Shown here one piece after another: positions 1 through 14,557 of a stretch of 64,000 bases of DNA. A program made the position numbers and the translations under genes. This DNA is from Mobula hypostoma (Eukaryota): contig NC_086097.1 in assembly GCF_963921235.1 (NCBI RefSeq), forward strand, positions 146,508,001 through 146,572,000. Reading direction: 5' to 3'. The notes under the pieces were generated by a model. The model was not told the origin of the DNA, made no database searches, and saw only the letters and a list, made by a program, of their open reading frames with translations. Each line of letters begins with the position of its first letter. Within the stretch, counting starts at the first letter, position 1.

Positions 1-1069
1 CAGTGTTGTCCCAAATACAGCATCTGTATTTTGATCAGCCAAGATCCGGGGAATTCCACAAGTGAGTGAAGGTGTTATATTCTTCAAAGATACATCATTG
101 AATTGTTTCCTTTGACCAGAGTCTGATCATGGGCTTGCAAATAATGCCCATCAGAGCAGGTTGAGTGCATCTACGGCCTGAATGCTTGTGATGCTAGAAA
201 GATTGAGAATGGTATTTGGTGATGACACAGCTTACCTGGCCAGCAAGAATATAGCAGACGTAGGATAGGGATGAATTTCTGTGGGAAGCGAGAATGGGAG
301 GAATATTACACAGACCCTCTTGATTCATGGAGTCAAAGCTTTTTTTGGAAGTCAAGCAAGCTGGTATAGAGTGGTAATTGTGCTCACTTTGTTGAATAGT
401 AATGCGCTCCAATGTTGTACCTCCTGATGAGTGGAAAAACTTGAGGAGTAGCTGTGAGGCCACTGGAAGAAGATGGTTGAGGATCACCCATAGTGTAAAT
501 TTCCCAGTGGCACATAGCAGGGAGCCCACTGTGTAGTTAGCACAGCTGGACAGGTTCCACTCTAGTGAAAGGCCTGTTAGTCTTAATAATAGCTATTCTT
601 TCTTAAGATTCTTCAAAGCAAACACAGTACCTGTTGAGGTTTCAAAGATATTCAGTTGTTGGCAATTTGACTGCACCATCAACCTCTGATTAGTCAGTCA
701 TTATTTTGCAATAAAGCTAATCTATGAACCAGCCAATGTGGACTGGAATGCAGGAATTCTTCAGTGGACTGAGAAAAGAGACAAAGCAAATGATATATCA
801 GATGAAAGATTCCATCCATAGTGCTCCAGTACATCAGGCAGATATAAGAACTCGTCCTTGGTTGTAATTTCTGGAACTAAATGTGTGTCTATTGTACATA
901 GGTGGAGTGACCACTCTTTCAAAGTTATAAAGTAGGCCACTTAGGATTTATAAGATAAAGGCCATGGTCAAAACATTTTAATAGTGGGCTTGTTTGAGGC
1001 CCTATGCTATTGACACTTTTACAGAATGTACAGGATCTTACCATTAAGGATCGAGCAATCTCTGGGCAG

Positions 1070-3185
1070 TAGAAACATAGAAACCCTACAGCACAATACA
1101 GGCCCTTCGGCCCACAAAGTTATGCCGAACATGTCCCTACCTTAGAAATTACTAGGCTTATCTATAGCCCTCAATTTTTCTAACCTCCATGTACCTACCC
1201 AAAAGTCTCATAAAAGACCCTATTGTATCCGTTTCCACCATCATTGCTGGCAGCCCATTCCACGCACTCACCACTCTCTGAGTAAAAAAACTTAACCCTG
1301 ACATCTCCTCTGTACCTACTCCCCAGCATCTTAAACCTGTATCCTCTTGTGGCAACCATTTCAGCCCTGGGAAAAAGCCTCTGACTATCCACACGATTTA
1401 TACCTCTCATCATCTTATACACCTCTGTCAGGTCACCTCTCATCCTTGTCGCTCCAAGGAGAAAAGGCCGAGTTCACTCAGCCTATTCTCATAAGGCATG
1501 CTCCCCAGTCCAGGCAACATCCTTGTAAATCTCCTCTGCACCCTTTCTATGGCTTCCACATCCTTCCTGTAGTGAGGCGACCAGGACTAAGCACAGTACT
1601 CCAAGTGGGGTCTGACCAAAGTCCTATATAGCTGCAACATTACCTCTTGGCTTCTAAATTCACTTCCACGATTGATGAAGGCCAATACACCATACGCCTT
1701 CTTAATTACAGATTCAACCTACGCAGCTGCTTTGAGCGTCCTATGAACTCGGACCCCAAGATCCCTCTGATCCTCCACGTTGCCAAGAGTCTTACCATTA
1801 ATACTATATTCTGCCATCATATTTGACCTACCAAAATGAACTACTTCATACTTATCTGGGTTGAACTCCATCTGCCACTTCTCAGTCCAGTTTTGCATCC
1901 TATCAATGTCCTGCTGTAACCTCTGACAGCCCTCCACACTATCTACAACACCTCCAGCCTTTGTGTCATCAGCAAACTTACTAACCCATCCCTCCACTTC
2001 CTCATCCAGGTCATTTATAAAAACCATGAAGAGTAAGGGTTCCAGAACAGATCCCTGAGGCACTCCACTGGTCACCGACCTCCATGCTGAATACGACCCG
2101 TCTACAACCACTCTTTGCCTTCTGTGAGCAAGCCAGTTCTGGATCCACAAAGCAATGTCCCCTTGGATCCCATGCCTCTTTACTTTCTCAATAAGCCTTG
2201 CATGGGATACTTTATCAAATGCCTTCCTGAAATCCATATACACTTCATCTACTGCTCTTACTTCATCAATGTGTTTAGTCACATCCTCAAAAAATTCAAT
2301 CAGGCTCGTAAGGTACGACCTGCCCTTGACAAAGCCCTGCTGACGATTCCTAATCATATTATACCTCTCCAAATGTTCATAACTCCTGCCTCTCAGGATC
2401 TTCTCCATCAACTTACCAACCACTGAAATAAGACTCACTGGTCTATAATTTCCTGGGTTATCTCAACTCCCTTTCTTGAATAAGGGAACAACATCTGCAA
2501 CCCTCCAATCCTCGAACCTCTCCCGTCCCCATTGATGATGCAAAGATCATTGCCAGAGGCTCAGCAATCTCCTCCCTTGCCTCCCACAGTAGCCTGGGGT
2601 ACATCTCATCCGGTCCCGGTGACTTATCCAACTTGATGCTTTCCAAAAGCTGCAGCACGTCCTCTTTCTTAATATCTACATGCTCAAGCTTTTCAGTCTG
2701 CTGCAAGTCATCACTGCAGTCACCAAGATCCTTTACCATAGTGAATACTGAAGTAAAGTATTCATTAAGTACCTCTGCTATTTTCTTCGGCTCCATACAT
2801 ACTTTCCCACTGTCACACTTGATAGGTCTTGTTCTTTCACGTCTTATCCTCTTGCTCTTCACATACTTGTAGAATGTCTTGGGGTTTTCCTTAATCCTGC
2901 CCGCCAAGGCCTTCTCATGGCCCCTTCTGGCTCTCCTAATTTCCTTCTTAAGCTCCTTCCTATTAGCCTTATAATCTTGTAGATCTCTAACATTACCTAG
3001 CTCTCTGAACCTTTTGTAAGCTTTTCTTTTCTTCTTGACTAGATTTATTACAGCCTCTGTACACCACGGTTCCTGTACCCTACCATAACTTCCCTGTGTC
3101 ATTGGAACGTACCTATGCAGAACTCCACACAAATATCCCCTGAACATTTGTCACATTTCTTCTGTATTTTTCCCTGAGAACATCT
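1070..3185 (-). mobile_element. CR1-clade LINE, 5'-truncated ORF2 (linker + RT + 3' end), decayed
   Basis: ORFs 2458..3147, 1719..2438 and 1195..1443 give [40 protein letters not shown] and RGDLTEVYKMM. The 3' end is a ctatgtttcta-type tail at ~1070. Stops and frameshifts are present. Confidence 0.95.
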
Positions 3186-5218
3186 CAGATTTCTCAGTTC
3201 TCAGATTTATTTTAGTTTGCAAGTAGGCTTTCTTCTTGCTCTCTACAATAATATTTGAAGGTGTTGGAATGAGAGTGGGGTTGTGTTACACCATTGCCAA
3301 GTGCCTGATGAAGTGCTGGGCAGGCACCGATAGACAATAGGAGAGCCAAAGATCTTGGGATGTCAAGGTACATAGGAAATAGGGTAAAACAAAACAAAAG
3401 CAAAACATTAACCATTGAGAACTGAATGCATTAGAAAGTCTGGAATAGTATGCGTGGTGTAGGAGTATATTACAAAGGGCATTATGAAAACAGATAGAGG
3501 GCGTGAGAAAACATTGGCAAGGAAAAAGAAATTAGAATGTATAGCAAGCAGATGAAAAAAAGAAAAGCCTGTTAGAAACTGTAAAGGTAATCTATGTCGA
3601 TTAGGATAGGGATAACATTCCTAACAAACTTTTTTTTATGATTGTGTTCATTGCAGAGAGAGATGGTTCTGATGATGTAAATGTGAAATGTTGTTTGGAT
3701 AATCAAAATAAAGAGAAAATATTAGGAATCCATCAACTTTGAAAATGGACAATTCCTTAAATAGATTGTATTATTTAATAAATTGACAAGTCTAGCTGAA
3801 GTATATCCCAGGATGTTAAAAGAAGCCATTTCCATTGAAAGAGGTTGTTAAAAGAGACTCTGGACAAGGATATCCTTGACTGATTTCTTTCTCTTGCTGC
3901 TTTCTCCCACTCTGCTGTTCTCTAAATTTGTTGACCTATCCAGATAAGGCCACTGAGGTTGTGTGTAATAATGTAATACAGTGGACTCTGGTTAATTGGG
4001 ACGCATCGGGACCAGTACATTTTGGCCCAATTAAGTGGCTGCTGCAATTAGCTGAAATCTCATGGAATTAGTTGCAAACTTATTTTTTAAAAAGACAAAC
4101 TACCATTCAACTGAGAAACAAATTATGTATTTAAGTGAAATACAGAACAAATTAGAACACTACTACTACTAATGTGAAATAAAACTGTGCATTAGTTCCT
4201 AATAGCTATTGACAGAGGAATTCATCCAGAGTAAGCTGCTGTATTACTAGCCCATATATTACATTATTACATGAGACCAAGGTTGGTGTAGCTTACTGTT
4301 CAAATCTGGAACCTTTTAAATTCTAACATAGTGTTTTGTTAACCGATGTACCATAGTTGGGGACGGAGTTTGTGGGGATGGGATGGGAACATAAATAAAT
4401 GAGGGGTATGAGAGAAACTTCTGAAAATAAAATTTGAATCTCTCTACTGAACTTTGTGTCTGAGTTCTCCATATGCACTCCAGGCTGTCAATATGTAAAT
4501 TTGTGAACAGTGATGCATATTTGTGAATAGGTATGTCCAGAACTTATGCGACTGCTTGTTTACTACCCATGTTTCGTTAAGAAATTATTGTATTAAGTAA
4601 GTAATAATAGTAATTCACAAATTCATACACTGTATTTTACAATATTCTAGAATAGTTCCAAAACCTGAAATATTCTTGTTGTGCTATACTGTTCTAACTG
4701 ACTGTAAGATGAATGACCAGTTAATCTGTGGTTCATTTTGTAGGTGAAATGTTAACCAGAATGCTGGAAGATTTCATTTCTTGATATGCCAGAGTGGCTG
4801 CATTTTTCTTTCATCTCTGGCTCCTCTTTTACACACTTGGCTAATCACTATATCATTCCTTGCTCGATGTAGATACTTTCAGTGTTTTAGATGAGGTGTA
4901 AGGGTATAAAGTTGTCCAAATACAGTTGTACAAATCAGGTTGTGGTGGTGATGTTCAGCTCACTTGAGATAAATGCAGGAACTGTGCTATCTGAGCCAAG
5001 AGTAAGTGTAAAGTCATTCATTCTTCTTTGCTAGAGTGTTTTTTAGACAAATTTAATATATTGAATGTTAGATTAAAATCCATATTGCTAGGTGAAATAT
5101 TGATAAAATCATTAATGGTTTTCAAATATTAAAAATAATACAAGTGTCTGTATATTTGAAGGGAATTTTGTTTAGAAATTTTGCAACTAATAGAGAATTT
5201 TTCTTGGTCATTCACCAG

Positions 5219-5300
5219 GGTAACTTTACCATGAGAAGATAGCACCAATTTTCTACTTTGACACCGAGAAAGCTTGTCCTGATGTTGACAGTAATCATGG
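5219..5300 (+). CDS. Probable start-codon exon of the MAP3K2/3-family gene (5'UTR + ATG G; coding 5297-5300)
   Basis: Acceptor ttcttggtcattcaccag precedes 5219. The exon ends ATGG|gtgagt. G plus AT from the 31661 exon gives Met-Asp, the MDEQEAL/MDDQQAL family start. The 5' boundary is less certain. Confidence 0.6.
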
Positions 5301-6814
5301 GTGAGTAAATCCTTCCACGTGCTTCTTCCTCTAGTTTCAATCAGTGATGGCCTCCTTTTGCTCCTGTTTCTCCTTTGTGCCTCTATAGAATGTCAGAATG
5401 TGTAAAGGTCAAGGAAATGCTATTGTGGTTTACCACCATTCCAAAATCAAAGTTTGACAACCTCTTAGGAATGCGACCAGTGAGGTGGAAGGAGAGTCTG
5501 CATAATGTGGGAAAATGTGAGGGTAGGGAGAATATTGAAACATTATTTTTTCAGTAGTGTGCAAGTAGTAAACTTTGGAGATCCATGTGTTGGTTGATAT
5601 ACATGTACATTCTGATCACCACATTGTTGAAGGAAAGGTATCTTTGCCTTGGAGTTGATGCAATGTAGATTTCCTGGGGGAAGGAGTCATCCTGTTTAGA
5701 AAGAGAAAGTAAGTTTGGGTCATACTGTCTTTAAGTTTAGAAGAATGAGAGGTATATACAGAAATCTGGGAAAGTTAACAGGGAAGATGCTGACATGTGT
5801 TTCCTTCTGACATGTGAAACTGTGATTACTAGCTTTAGTTTCAAGATAGCACATGATCAGCCTAAACACTGAATGGGTCTCACTTCACTGGTACCTCTGC
5901 TTCTGTTCCTTATGCTCCACTGCAGCAGTGTGAGAGCTTTATGATCTTAAATAGACGGCTTGTGCACTTTTCCTTCTGCCATTGTGTTTATTTCACCAAT
6001 ATGACATGCCTCCTGTAGAGTTTAGTGGAGTGTGATTTGTATTTATACATAACTAGATTCACTAACAGGGAGAATGCAATGGAAAGTAATGTTTTTTTTC
6101 TCGGGTTGGCAGGCTGCTACTAATGGGCTACTGCAGTGATTGGTACTTGGCCTCACTTATTCACAACCTATATCAAGAGTTTGGCTGAGGGGACTAAATG
6201 TCATATTTCTAAGTTTGGTGGTGACACCAAATGAAATGGGAACGTGAGTAGTGGTGGGGATGCAAAGAGGTTTCAAGTGGATATAGACCAGCTGAATGAG
6301 CTGAGTACCAAGTTAAGAAATGGAAAATTTATGGTAAAATGGTTTAAGTACATGTGTATAAAGTATCTTATCGTATTAGAGCTCTGGTGAATATTGGGTA
6401 CAATCTTTAGAATGAGATGAACTATATGGGGAATGCAGCAAAGATTCACCAGACAGATTCGTGGGATGATAGCTTTGTTATGTGAGGTAGATTAAATAGG
6501 CTAATCTCTTCAGGGTGTTTATGTGTTTCGGAGAGTGAGAGGAAAAGTGACCCCATTGAAACATACAAAATGTATGTAGGAATAGGTGTAGAGAGAATGT
6601 TGTCTATGGCTGAGAAGTTGAGTATGAAGGTTAGTCATAAAATAAGGAAATGTCCTTTTCATCACTCAAGTGATGGATCTTTGGAATTCTTTGCCAAAGA
6701 AGGATATGGAAGCTCAATCATTCAGAACACAGGTCATTATGTTTGTGGCTTTTAGATGTATCAAGGGAAACTGAAATATTGCTGAGGTAAAGAATCAGTG
6801 ATGGTGTTGTTGCG

Positions 6815-7680
6815 GGAGATTGAATATCAGGTTGAGTGATGCCACAACAACTACCTCAGTGTCAGCAAAACAAAAAAAGCTGATAATTAACTACAGGAGG
6901 AAGAAGATGAAGTCCATGAGCCAGTCCTCATTAGGGGATCAAAGGTGGAGAGGGTCAGTAACTTTAAATACTTTGGTGCTATCATATCAGAGGAACTGTC
7001 CCAGGACCCCCCACATAAGTGTCTTCACAAAGAAGGCAAAACGGTGCCTCTACTTTCTTAGAAGTTTGTGTAGATTTTGGCATGCCACCAAAACTTTGAA
7101 CTTCTATAGATGCACAGTGGAGAGTATCCTAACTAGTTTCATCGTAGCCTGGTGTGGAAACATCAATGCCCAGGAGAGGAAGAACCTATAGAAGGTGGTG
7201 AATCACCCATTCCATCACTGGCAAAGCCATCCTGACCACTGTGTACGTCTGCATGCAGTGCTACCAGAAGAAATCAACCATCAAAGACCCCCACCATCCA
7301 GGCCATGACTTCTTCTCGCTACTACCATCATGCAGGCAGCACAGAAGCCTTAGGTCCCACATCACCAGTTTCAGGAACAGTTATTACCTTAAAACCATTA
7401 GGCTCCTGAACAAGTGTGGATGACTTCATTCACCACTATTCTGAAATGATCCAACCAGTTACACACTCACTTTCAAGGACTCATTACAACTTATGCTGTC
7501 AGTATTATTTTTATTTGCAGTTTCTCTACGTTTGCACATTGGTTTGTCAGTCTTTGCTTATGCATAGTTTTCTCATAATATTCTATTGCATTTTTTTCTG
7601 TAATTGCCTGCAAGAAAATGAATTTCAGTAGAATATGGTAATATATGCATACTTTGACAATAAATTTCCATTGAACTTTG
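6815..7680 (+). mobile_element. Rex1/Babar-type LINE 3' fragment
   Basis: KKAKRCLYFLRSL, NFYRCTVESILT..I.AW.GN, IKDPHHPGH, SFRNSYY motifs; tail ending aataaa...ttgaactttga. Confidence 0.75.
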
Positions 7681-9509
7681 AATGGCTGAGGAGGTTTAAG
7701 GAGCTTATTAGGAACTTCTATTTCATATGTTCTTATTCAAGTTGGTGTTTATTGAAGTAATAAGAGATAAGTAGTGTGTTTTATATTAATAGCTAAACAA
7801 ATTGCCTTATTACTGCATCTGTTTCAGGCATCAAGCATATCTACCCATTTTTTAAAGGCAAAAGAAACTGATGAGAGCCAAATTTCTTTGAGAGGAATAT
7901 TGTGCCTTTTACACTAATTTTGTGCATTTAAAATGAGTGATTGTCCTTTAGGACTGAAACATGGAGGAATTTCTTCTCTCAGAGATAGTGAGACTCTGGA
8001 ACTTCCTGCCCCTAAAGGTGTTTGAGGTCTGATCATCAGATGGAAATGGATAAATACTTACCAAAAAATCAGGGAATTAAGGGTTAGGGAGATCTAGCAC
8101 AGAAGAGAAGTGATGGCCAGTAAAAATTAACTATGGTCATATTAAATAGAATAACCTTGAAATTCCAAGTGGCCTTGTCCTGCTCCTACTTTCTTGTGTT
8201 CTGCTTCAAAGGCTGGACTTCCTGACCAGAGCACACTCTGCTGTTCGAAATCCTGATTGTGCTGAACTTGTGTAGTGTTGAGATAGCCTACAGTTTCATA
8301 TATTAGTTTTTCTCATTTCATTTTGCTCTATTCAGATATGTTTATCACTGATTTAAAAAAAAACATTAAGCCTCCTTTCCTCTTTGTTTATTCTCCATTT
8401 TTCTTGTGATAGGGATTCTTGCAATTTTTGAGAATTCTTTATTCCCTGACTTGGATCATTCAGCTATTGGGCAAGTTGGACATTGTACTTCACTGACTCT
8501 TTGTGTTTATTTCATTAACTTCTGACACACAGACTGGAGTTCTTTCCATGTTTTCCATAGTAGTCTGTTTATCCAAGAGTGAATGTGAACACATCCTGTA
8601 GGATCAATGATAGGAGCCAAAATCCCTCCTATATCAACAGCAGAGTGGGAAATGGGACCCATTTCAATAGATAGTAGCCTCCCAAAGGGATGAAGGCAGG
8701 AGCAGTCATGGAAAATTCCCTAAATTATATTTATATCCCTCTTCGCAATTCTTGCAGAAACTACAGCTGGACTTTACACTGCTTTGCTCTTGCATTTAAC
8801 TTTCTGTTTTTTTTTAGTTTGACTGCTACGTGAATACAAGTCACATGTCACACATTTTCTAATTTCATTAATTTTGATTGTCTATTGGAAATCTTAATTA
8901 ACCATTTTACCCAGTAATTGCTTTCTTAGTGGGTGTGTCATTTTGAGGGAGTTGGGAGTCTTTTCCAGCTGGAAGCTAAAATTTGAAGAATAGCTTCCTG
9001 TTCTGCTGCAGACTTGATGCAGTTTGCTCTCACCTCATGTTACATGACAATGGTTTAACTGTGAATTTATTTATCTCCATAATCTTACATTGTTGGCTGC
9101 TTTTTTTTTGCATACACAGCTAAAATGTACAGCACTTCTCTCATCCATAATGGTATTTTTCAAGAAACAAAACAAGATAAATATACAAGCTCTCCCTACG
9201 TTACAAATGCCCATCTCATGGACACCATAGATAAGAGTGAGCTCCCATAATATTACATTCAAAACTCCATTCATACATTCCTATGAACAGCAGACTAGTT
9301 TCCCTTGTCTCTCCACTTTTATTGTTCTTCCTTATTAGTCTTGCATGCTTGTGATGCCATTCATTACAACACTGTGAGGTGTGGTTATCATATCAGGTAA
9401 TTTCTGACTTAGATATCTATAAATAGTCCCTTTCAATTATCTGGTGATGGCCATTACTAAATCTGCCTTATCCTTGAAGCAGTTTAAGGCAGGATTAACA
9501 GATTGATGT

Positions 9510-10280
9510 ACAGAGGGATATTGGGGTCCAAGTGCATTACTCCCTGAAAGTGAGTGCATGCGTTGATAGGGTAGTAAAAACATATGGCGTGCTTGACTTT
9601 ATTAGTCAAGGCATCGAGTTCAAGAGACATTGTAGATTCATAAAACTTACATATTTTATAATGTGCAAGTTAGGCCACATTGCATTCCTTTCTGGGTATC
9701 CCACGCCAGAAGGGTGTGAAAGTTTTGAAGAGGATATGGACAAGTCTTACCAGGATCTGACCTTTTGATTAGAGGGTGTGTACCATAAGGAGAACTTGGG
9801 TTATTTTCTCTGGACCAACAGAGGCTAAGGGGAGAGAGGGGCATACACAGAGTAGAGAGCCAGTACTCTTTTCCCCAGGGTCGAGTATTAGAGGGCATGC
9901 ACTTAAGATGAGAGAGGGCAAGTTCAAAGGAGATGTGCAGGAATTTTTTTTACACAGAGAGTGGTGGGAGTCTGTCATGCACTGCCATGAGTGGTAACGG
10001 AGACACATATTATAGATGCTCTCAAGAGGCTTTTAGGTATGCACAGGAATTCTTTAGCCATAGAATGGTGAATCTGTGGTATTCTTTGCCACAGGCAGCT
10101 GTGAAGGCCAAGTCTTTATGTACATTTAAGGCAGAGGTTGATAGATTCTTGATTGGTCAGGACATGAAGAGATTCGGGGAGAAGTCAGGAGATTGGGGCT
10201 GAGGTGAAAATTGAATCAGCCATGATGAAATAGCGGAGCAGACTCAATGGGCCAAATAGTTGAGCTCTGCTCCTATACAT
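9510..10280 (+). mobile_element. Decayed CR1 3' fragments
   Basis: HYSLKVSACVDRVVK..YGVL.FISQGIEFK, RGHALK..GKFKGDV..FF and FFSHRMVNLWYSLP motifs. Confidence 0.7.
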
Positions 10281-10854
10281 TACGATCATATGGTCTCAGA
10301 GGTGATGCCTCAAGAAGGTGGCATCCATCACTAATGACCCTATCATTTGAGACATCCCTTTTTTCATTACTACCATCGAGAAGGAAGTATGAGAGCTTGA
10401 AGACCTATATTCAATGATTTTGGAACAGCTTCTTTCCTTCTGCTATCAGATAACTGAACTGTCCATAAACACTAATTTGTTATTCCCTTGTTTATTTATT
10501 TTGTAAATTTAATAATTATTATGTCTTTGCACTGTACTGTTGCTGCAAAACAACAAATCTCATGGCATATAAGTCAGTGGTTATAAACCTGATTGTGATT
10601 TTGATATGGACCTTGTGTACGCAGTAGGAAGTAGATCAGTTAGGCATTTAATTACTTGCTTAATTAGTTCAGCACAACATCAAGGGCTGAAGGACCTGCT
10701 CCTGAGCTGTACCGTTCTATGATCTATACCATCCAATGTGGGCATGAGTAGACATGCCAGATGGAAATTAACACAGAGGGGTTTGAGGTGATGCATTTTG
10801 AGCGATAAAAGCGATGGAGGGAGCCAATGAAAGGCTTACTTGCACTGTTCTAAT

Positions 10855-11140
10855 ACTAGCAGAGATGTTGTCTCACAGCGCCAGAGACCGAGCTTCCTTC
10901 CTGAATTTGCGTGCTGTCTGTGTGGAGCTTCTGCATTCTCCCTGTGATCATGTGGGCTTCCTTCTGGTGATCTTATTTCCTCCCACAACCCAAAGGCGTG
11001 CAGATTGGTAAGATTATTGTTATTGTAAATTGCCCCTCATGGGCAAATGTTTGGTAAAATCTGACTTGCTAACAAAAGAGGGAAGAATAAAAAGTAGGAG
11101 TAAAATGGGCGCAGTGGGCTTGTTGAGCTGAAAGCCTGTT
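10855..11140 (+). mobile_element. tRNA-derived SINE (HE1/V-SINE-like), decayed
   Basis: tgtctgtgtggagcttctgcattctccctgtg...ttcctcccaca.cccaaaggcgtgc...tgtaaattgccc core shared with 24378-24625. Confidence 0.55.
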
Positions 11141-12989
11141 AAATTTTGACTCAAAGGAGTGCGGATCATTTAAGGGACTTAAGGCTGCTTCATTTGTTGA
11201 GGACTGGTGAGTGTAATTGAATATTTTGCAGGGCATAACTTTAAAGTGATAGGAGTAAAGTTTAAAGGAGATTTATGTAGCAAGTTTTATACAAAGAAGT
11301 GCCTAGAGCGAGCTGCTAGGGGAAACAAGTTTGATAGCAATCTTTAAGAGGCACTAAGATAGATACATGATAGCTCTTAAGTAGCTCTTTTCTGGCTGCT
11401 GCATCAGGTGGAAGGTACAAGAACCTCAGGACTTACACTACCAGCTTCAAGAACGGTTACTATCCATCAATCATCAGGCTCTTGAACCAAAGGGGATAAC
11501 CACACTCATTTGCCCATCCATTGAGATGTTCCCACAACCAATGATCTCAATTTGACTCTTTATTTTGTTGAATTTATTGCTATTTATTTACTGGTATACT
11601 TATATTTGCAAAGATTGTTGTCTTCTGCACTCTACTTGATCTTTCATTGATCCTGTTATAGTTACAATTCTATAGATGTACGGAGTATGCCCACTGAAAA
11701 TGAATCTCAGGGTTCTATGCGGTGCCTTGTATGTACTCTGATAATAAAATTTACCTTGAACTTTGAGCATGAACAGACAGGGAATTGAGGGATATGGACC
11801 ATATGCATTCAAACGTGTCGTTTCAGTTGGCATCATGTTTAGCACAGACATTGTGGGGTCAAAGTGCCTGTTTCTCTGCTGTACTGTTCTTTGTTCAAAT
11901 GTTCTCAGCTGTTTCCAATACAAAAGCAGGGAAGTTATGCTGAACCTTTATAGACATTGAGTTAAGTAACAACTGGAGCTTTGCATTCAATTCTAGTCAA
12001 TACAGTTTAAGAAGGATGTGAAACATATTGAGAGATTGCAGAGAATATTTAATAGACTGGCTCTGGAGAAGATGGATTTCAGCTGTAATGTTAGGTTACA
12101 AACATTTGGAATGTCCTCTTAGATGCAAAGGAGTTTGGATGGAGACTTGGTAGAGGTAGAGAAGATTATGACAGATCTCAGATGAGTAAACAAGGAAAAT
12201 CCTTTTCCAATCTGCTGCTGGTAGCCATCACTATTTTGGGGTTTGCAGTAAAATATTACGGGGGTGTGAGGAAGAATTATTTTACATGATTAGTAGCAAT
12301 GACTTAAAACTCAGTGCCTGCAGAGAGCGGGATGGTGTAGGTTGAAAGCTAAGACTATCAAAAGGTTTCAAATTGAAATTGAATAGACATTTGTAGGGTT
12401 AGCAGAATAGAATGGGCGAATGTGACCAACTGGTTGTTCCGCAGAGAACTGGCATAGACTTGATAATAGAATCATAAAACAAAATTCTTATGCAGGAGGC
12501 CATTCAGACCATAATGTTTGTGCCAGTTGAAAGGAGGCTATTTATTTCCCACACTCCTGCATTGAGCCCACAGTCCTGTAGGTCACACATGTTTAGGTAC
12601 CTGCCCAATTAGAGGTGACCTCCCCATCAGGCACTGAGTTACAGACCCCTTAGTGAACAAAGTTTTCTTCATTTCCCTTTTAATCCACCTGTCAATTAAT
12701 TCTGAACTCCTGGTTTTCAAACCCCTAAGCTAAGGGAAATAGGTCTTACAATTAACCTCTTTCCTGGCCTCTTATGGTTCATGCAGCTAAGTTTTCTTAT
12801 AATCTTGGCTGTTCCAAAGAAAACAATTTTAGCCTCAGCTTATCCAATTTTTCTTAGTAAGTAAAATTTTCTTGCCCTGGCAACAATTTCATAAATCACT
12901 TCTGTATCCTCTGCTATGCAGCAAGATTTTTCACATAGTGAACAGATCTGTATTCGGTGCTTAAGCTGGGGTTTGACTGCTACAGTATA

Positions 12990-13372
12990 TCGTTTGTTGG
13001 TTATGTGCCATGTCGTATGACATAGGCGATTATGGTCTTTCCATGAACATGATTGTTCTTGGCAAATTTTTCTGCAGAAGTGTTTAGCCATTGCCTTTCT
13101 CTGGGCAGTGTCTTTACAAGATAGGTGACCACAGCTGTTATAACTACTATTCAGAGATTGTCTGCCTGATGTCTGTGGTCGCATAACCAGGACGTGATAA
13201 TACACCAACTGCTCATATGACCATCCACCACCTGCTCCCATGGCTTCATGTGACCCTGATCAGGGGGCTAAGCTGGTGCTACATCCTGCCCAAGGGTGAC
13301 TTGCAGGCTGGCGGAGGGAAGGAGTGCCTTACACCTCCTTTGGTAGAGATGTATCTCCACTCCAACTGCTAT
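12990..13372 (-). mobile_element. Short interspersed element or LINE tail (RTE-tail-like)
   Basis: Minus strand reads aggcaatggctaaacacttctgcagaaaaatttgccaag, resembling RTE/Bov-B-type 3' ends. The family assignment is weak. Confidence 0.35.
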
Positions 13373-13492
13373 CTAGTTCTAGTACAAAAAATTGCTGCTT
13401 TTACATTGTTTGCTCTGTTCTGCCTACCCCCAATTTTGCAATGGATGATGGACCATAGCCATTTCAAAGGAACATCATTGTCTACCAATCAA

Positions 13493-14030
13493 AGTTCAAA
13501 GTAAATTTGTCATCAAAGTACGTACTGTATTTGTCAACATGTGCAACCCCGGGATCCATTTTCTTGCAGGCATACTCAGTAAATCCATACTAGTATAATA
13601 ACCATAATAAAATCAATGAAAGACTGCATTGGCATGGGCGTTCAATCAGTCCGCAAAAGACAACAAACTGTGCAAAAACAAAAAGAAAGAAATGATATTT
13701 ATTGCTCATTTATTTATTATTATCGAGAACATGAGATGAAGAGTCCTTGAGTGTGAGTCTATAGGTTATGGGAACATTTCAATGATGGACAACTGAAGTT
13801 GAGTGAAGTTATCCCTTTGGTTTGAGAGCCTGATGGTTGAGGAGAAATAATTGTTCCTGAACCTGGTAGTGTGAGTCCTGAGACTCCTGTACCTTCTTCC
13901 TGATGGCAGCAGTGAGAAGAGAGCATGGCCTGGGTAGTAGGGATCCCTGATGATGGATGTTGCTTTCCTGTGACAATGCTTCATGTAGATGTGCTCATTG
14001 CTGGGGAGGGCTTTACCCATGATATTGGAC
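13493..14030 (-). mobile_element. Rex1/Babar-type LINE 3' fragment
   Basis: ORF 13766..14020 RKATSIIRDPYYPGHALFSLLPSGRRYRSLRTHTTRFRN; aaagttcaaagtaaatt tail on + strand. Confidence 0.75.
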
Positions 14031-14557
14031 TATACTTGAAATCTGGAAGAAGCCTCTTTACCTGAAATGTTGAAAGTCCATTTCCCTCCATAGATGTTGC
14101 CCGACCTGGTGTTCTACCAGAATATTGTCTTTTCCTCAAATTCCAGCATATGCAGTCTCAGATGATTCCTGTGGCTTGTATCAATGTCCTTGAGATGTTG
14201 TAAGAAAAGGAGGTGGTAGATCCTGTCAGCTGTTTACTCAGACAGACTTTCAAAATCATTTGACAGAATGCCCTATCAACAAACCTCAGACCTTTATTGG
14301 CTGATAGTGTGAAGTGGTGTCCCCATCATTTCCTGGGAACTCAATACCAGATGACTGTGATGGGCATGAGACTTATCATCTATCTTCTTCTGTACTGTGT
14401 ATTTGTCAGAAAGGTCCAGAAAAGGAGGCTTTTTTGTTGACATTCAACCTGACCAGCTACATAACATAGCATTCTATGCTTTATGGGATGTTCTTAGGGA
14501 TGTATTTTGAGGCAAAATTTGACTGTTATTGGAAGACCATTAACTTGGTAAAAGAAT

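Noticed and set aside
1..530. ORF 194..529 as a gene or exon
   Set aside because: No recognisable domain; probably a very old LINE remnant that I cannot classify.
3976..4250. Possible pogo/Tigger-like transposon end (tacagtggactctggttaattgggac)
   Set aside because: No matching second TIR found; too weak to call.
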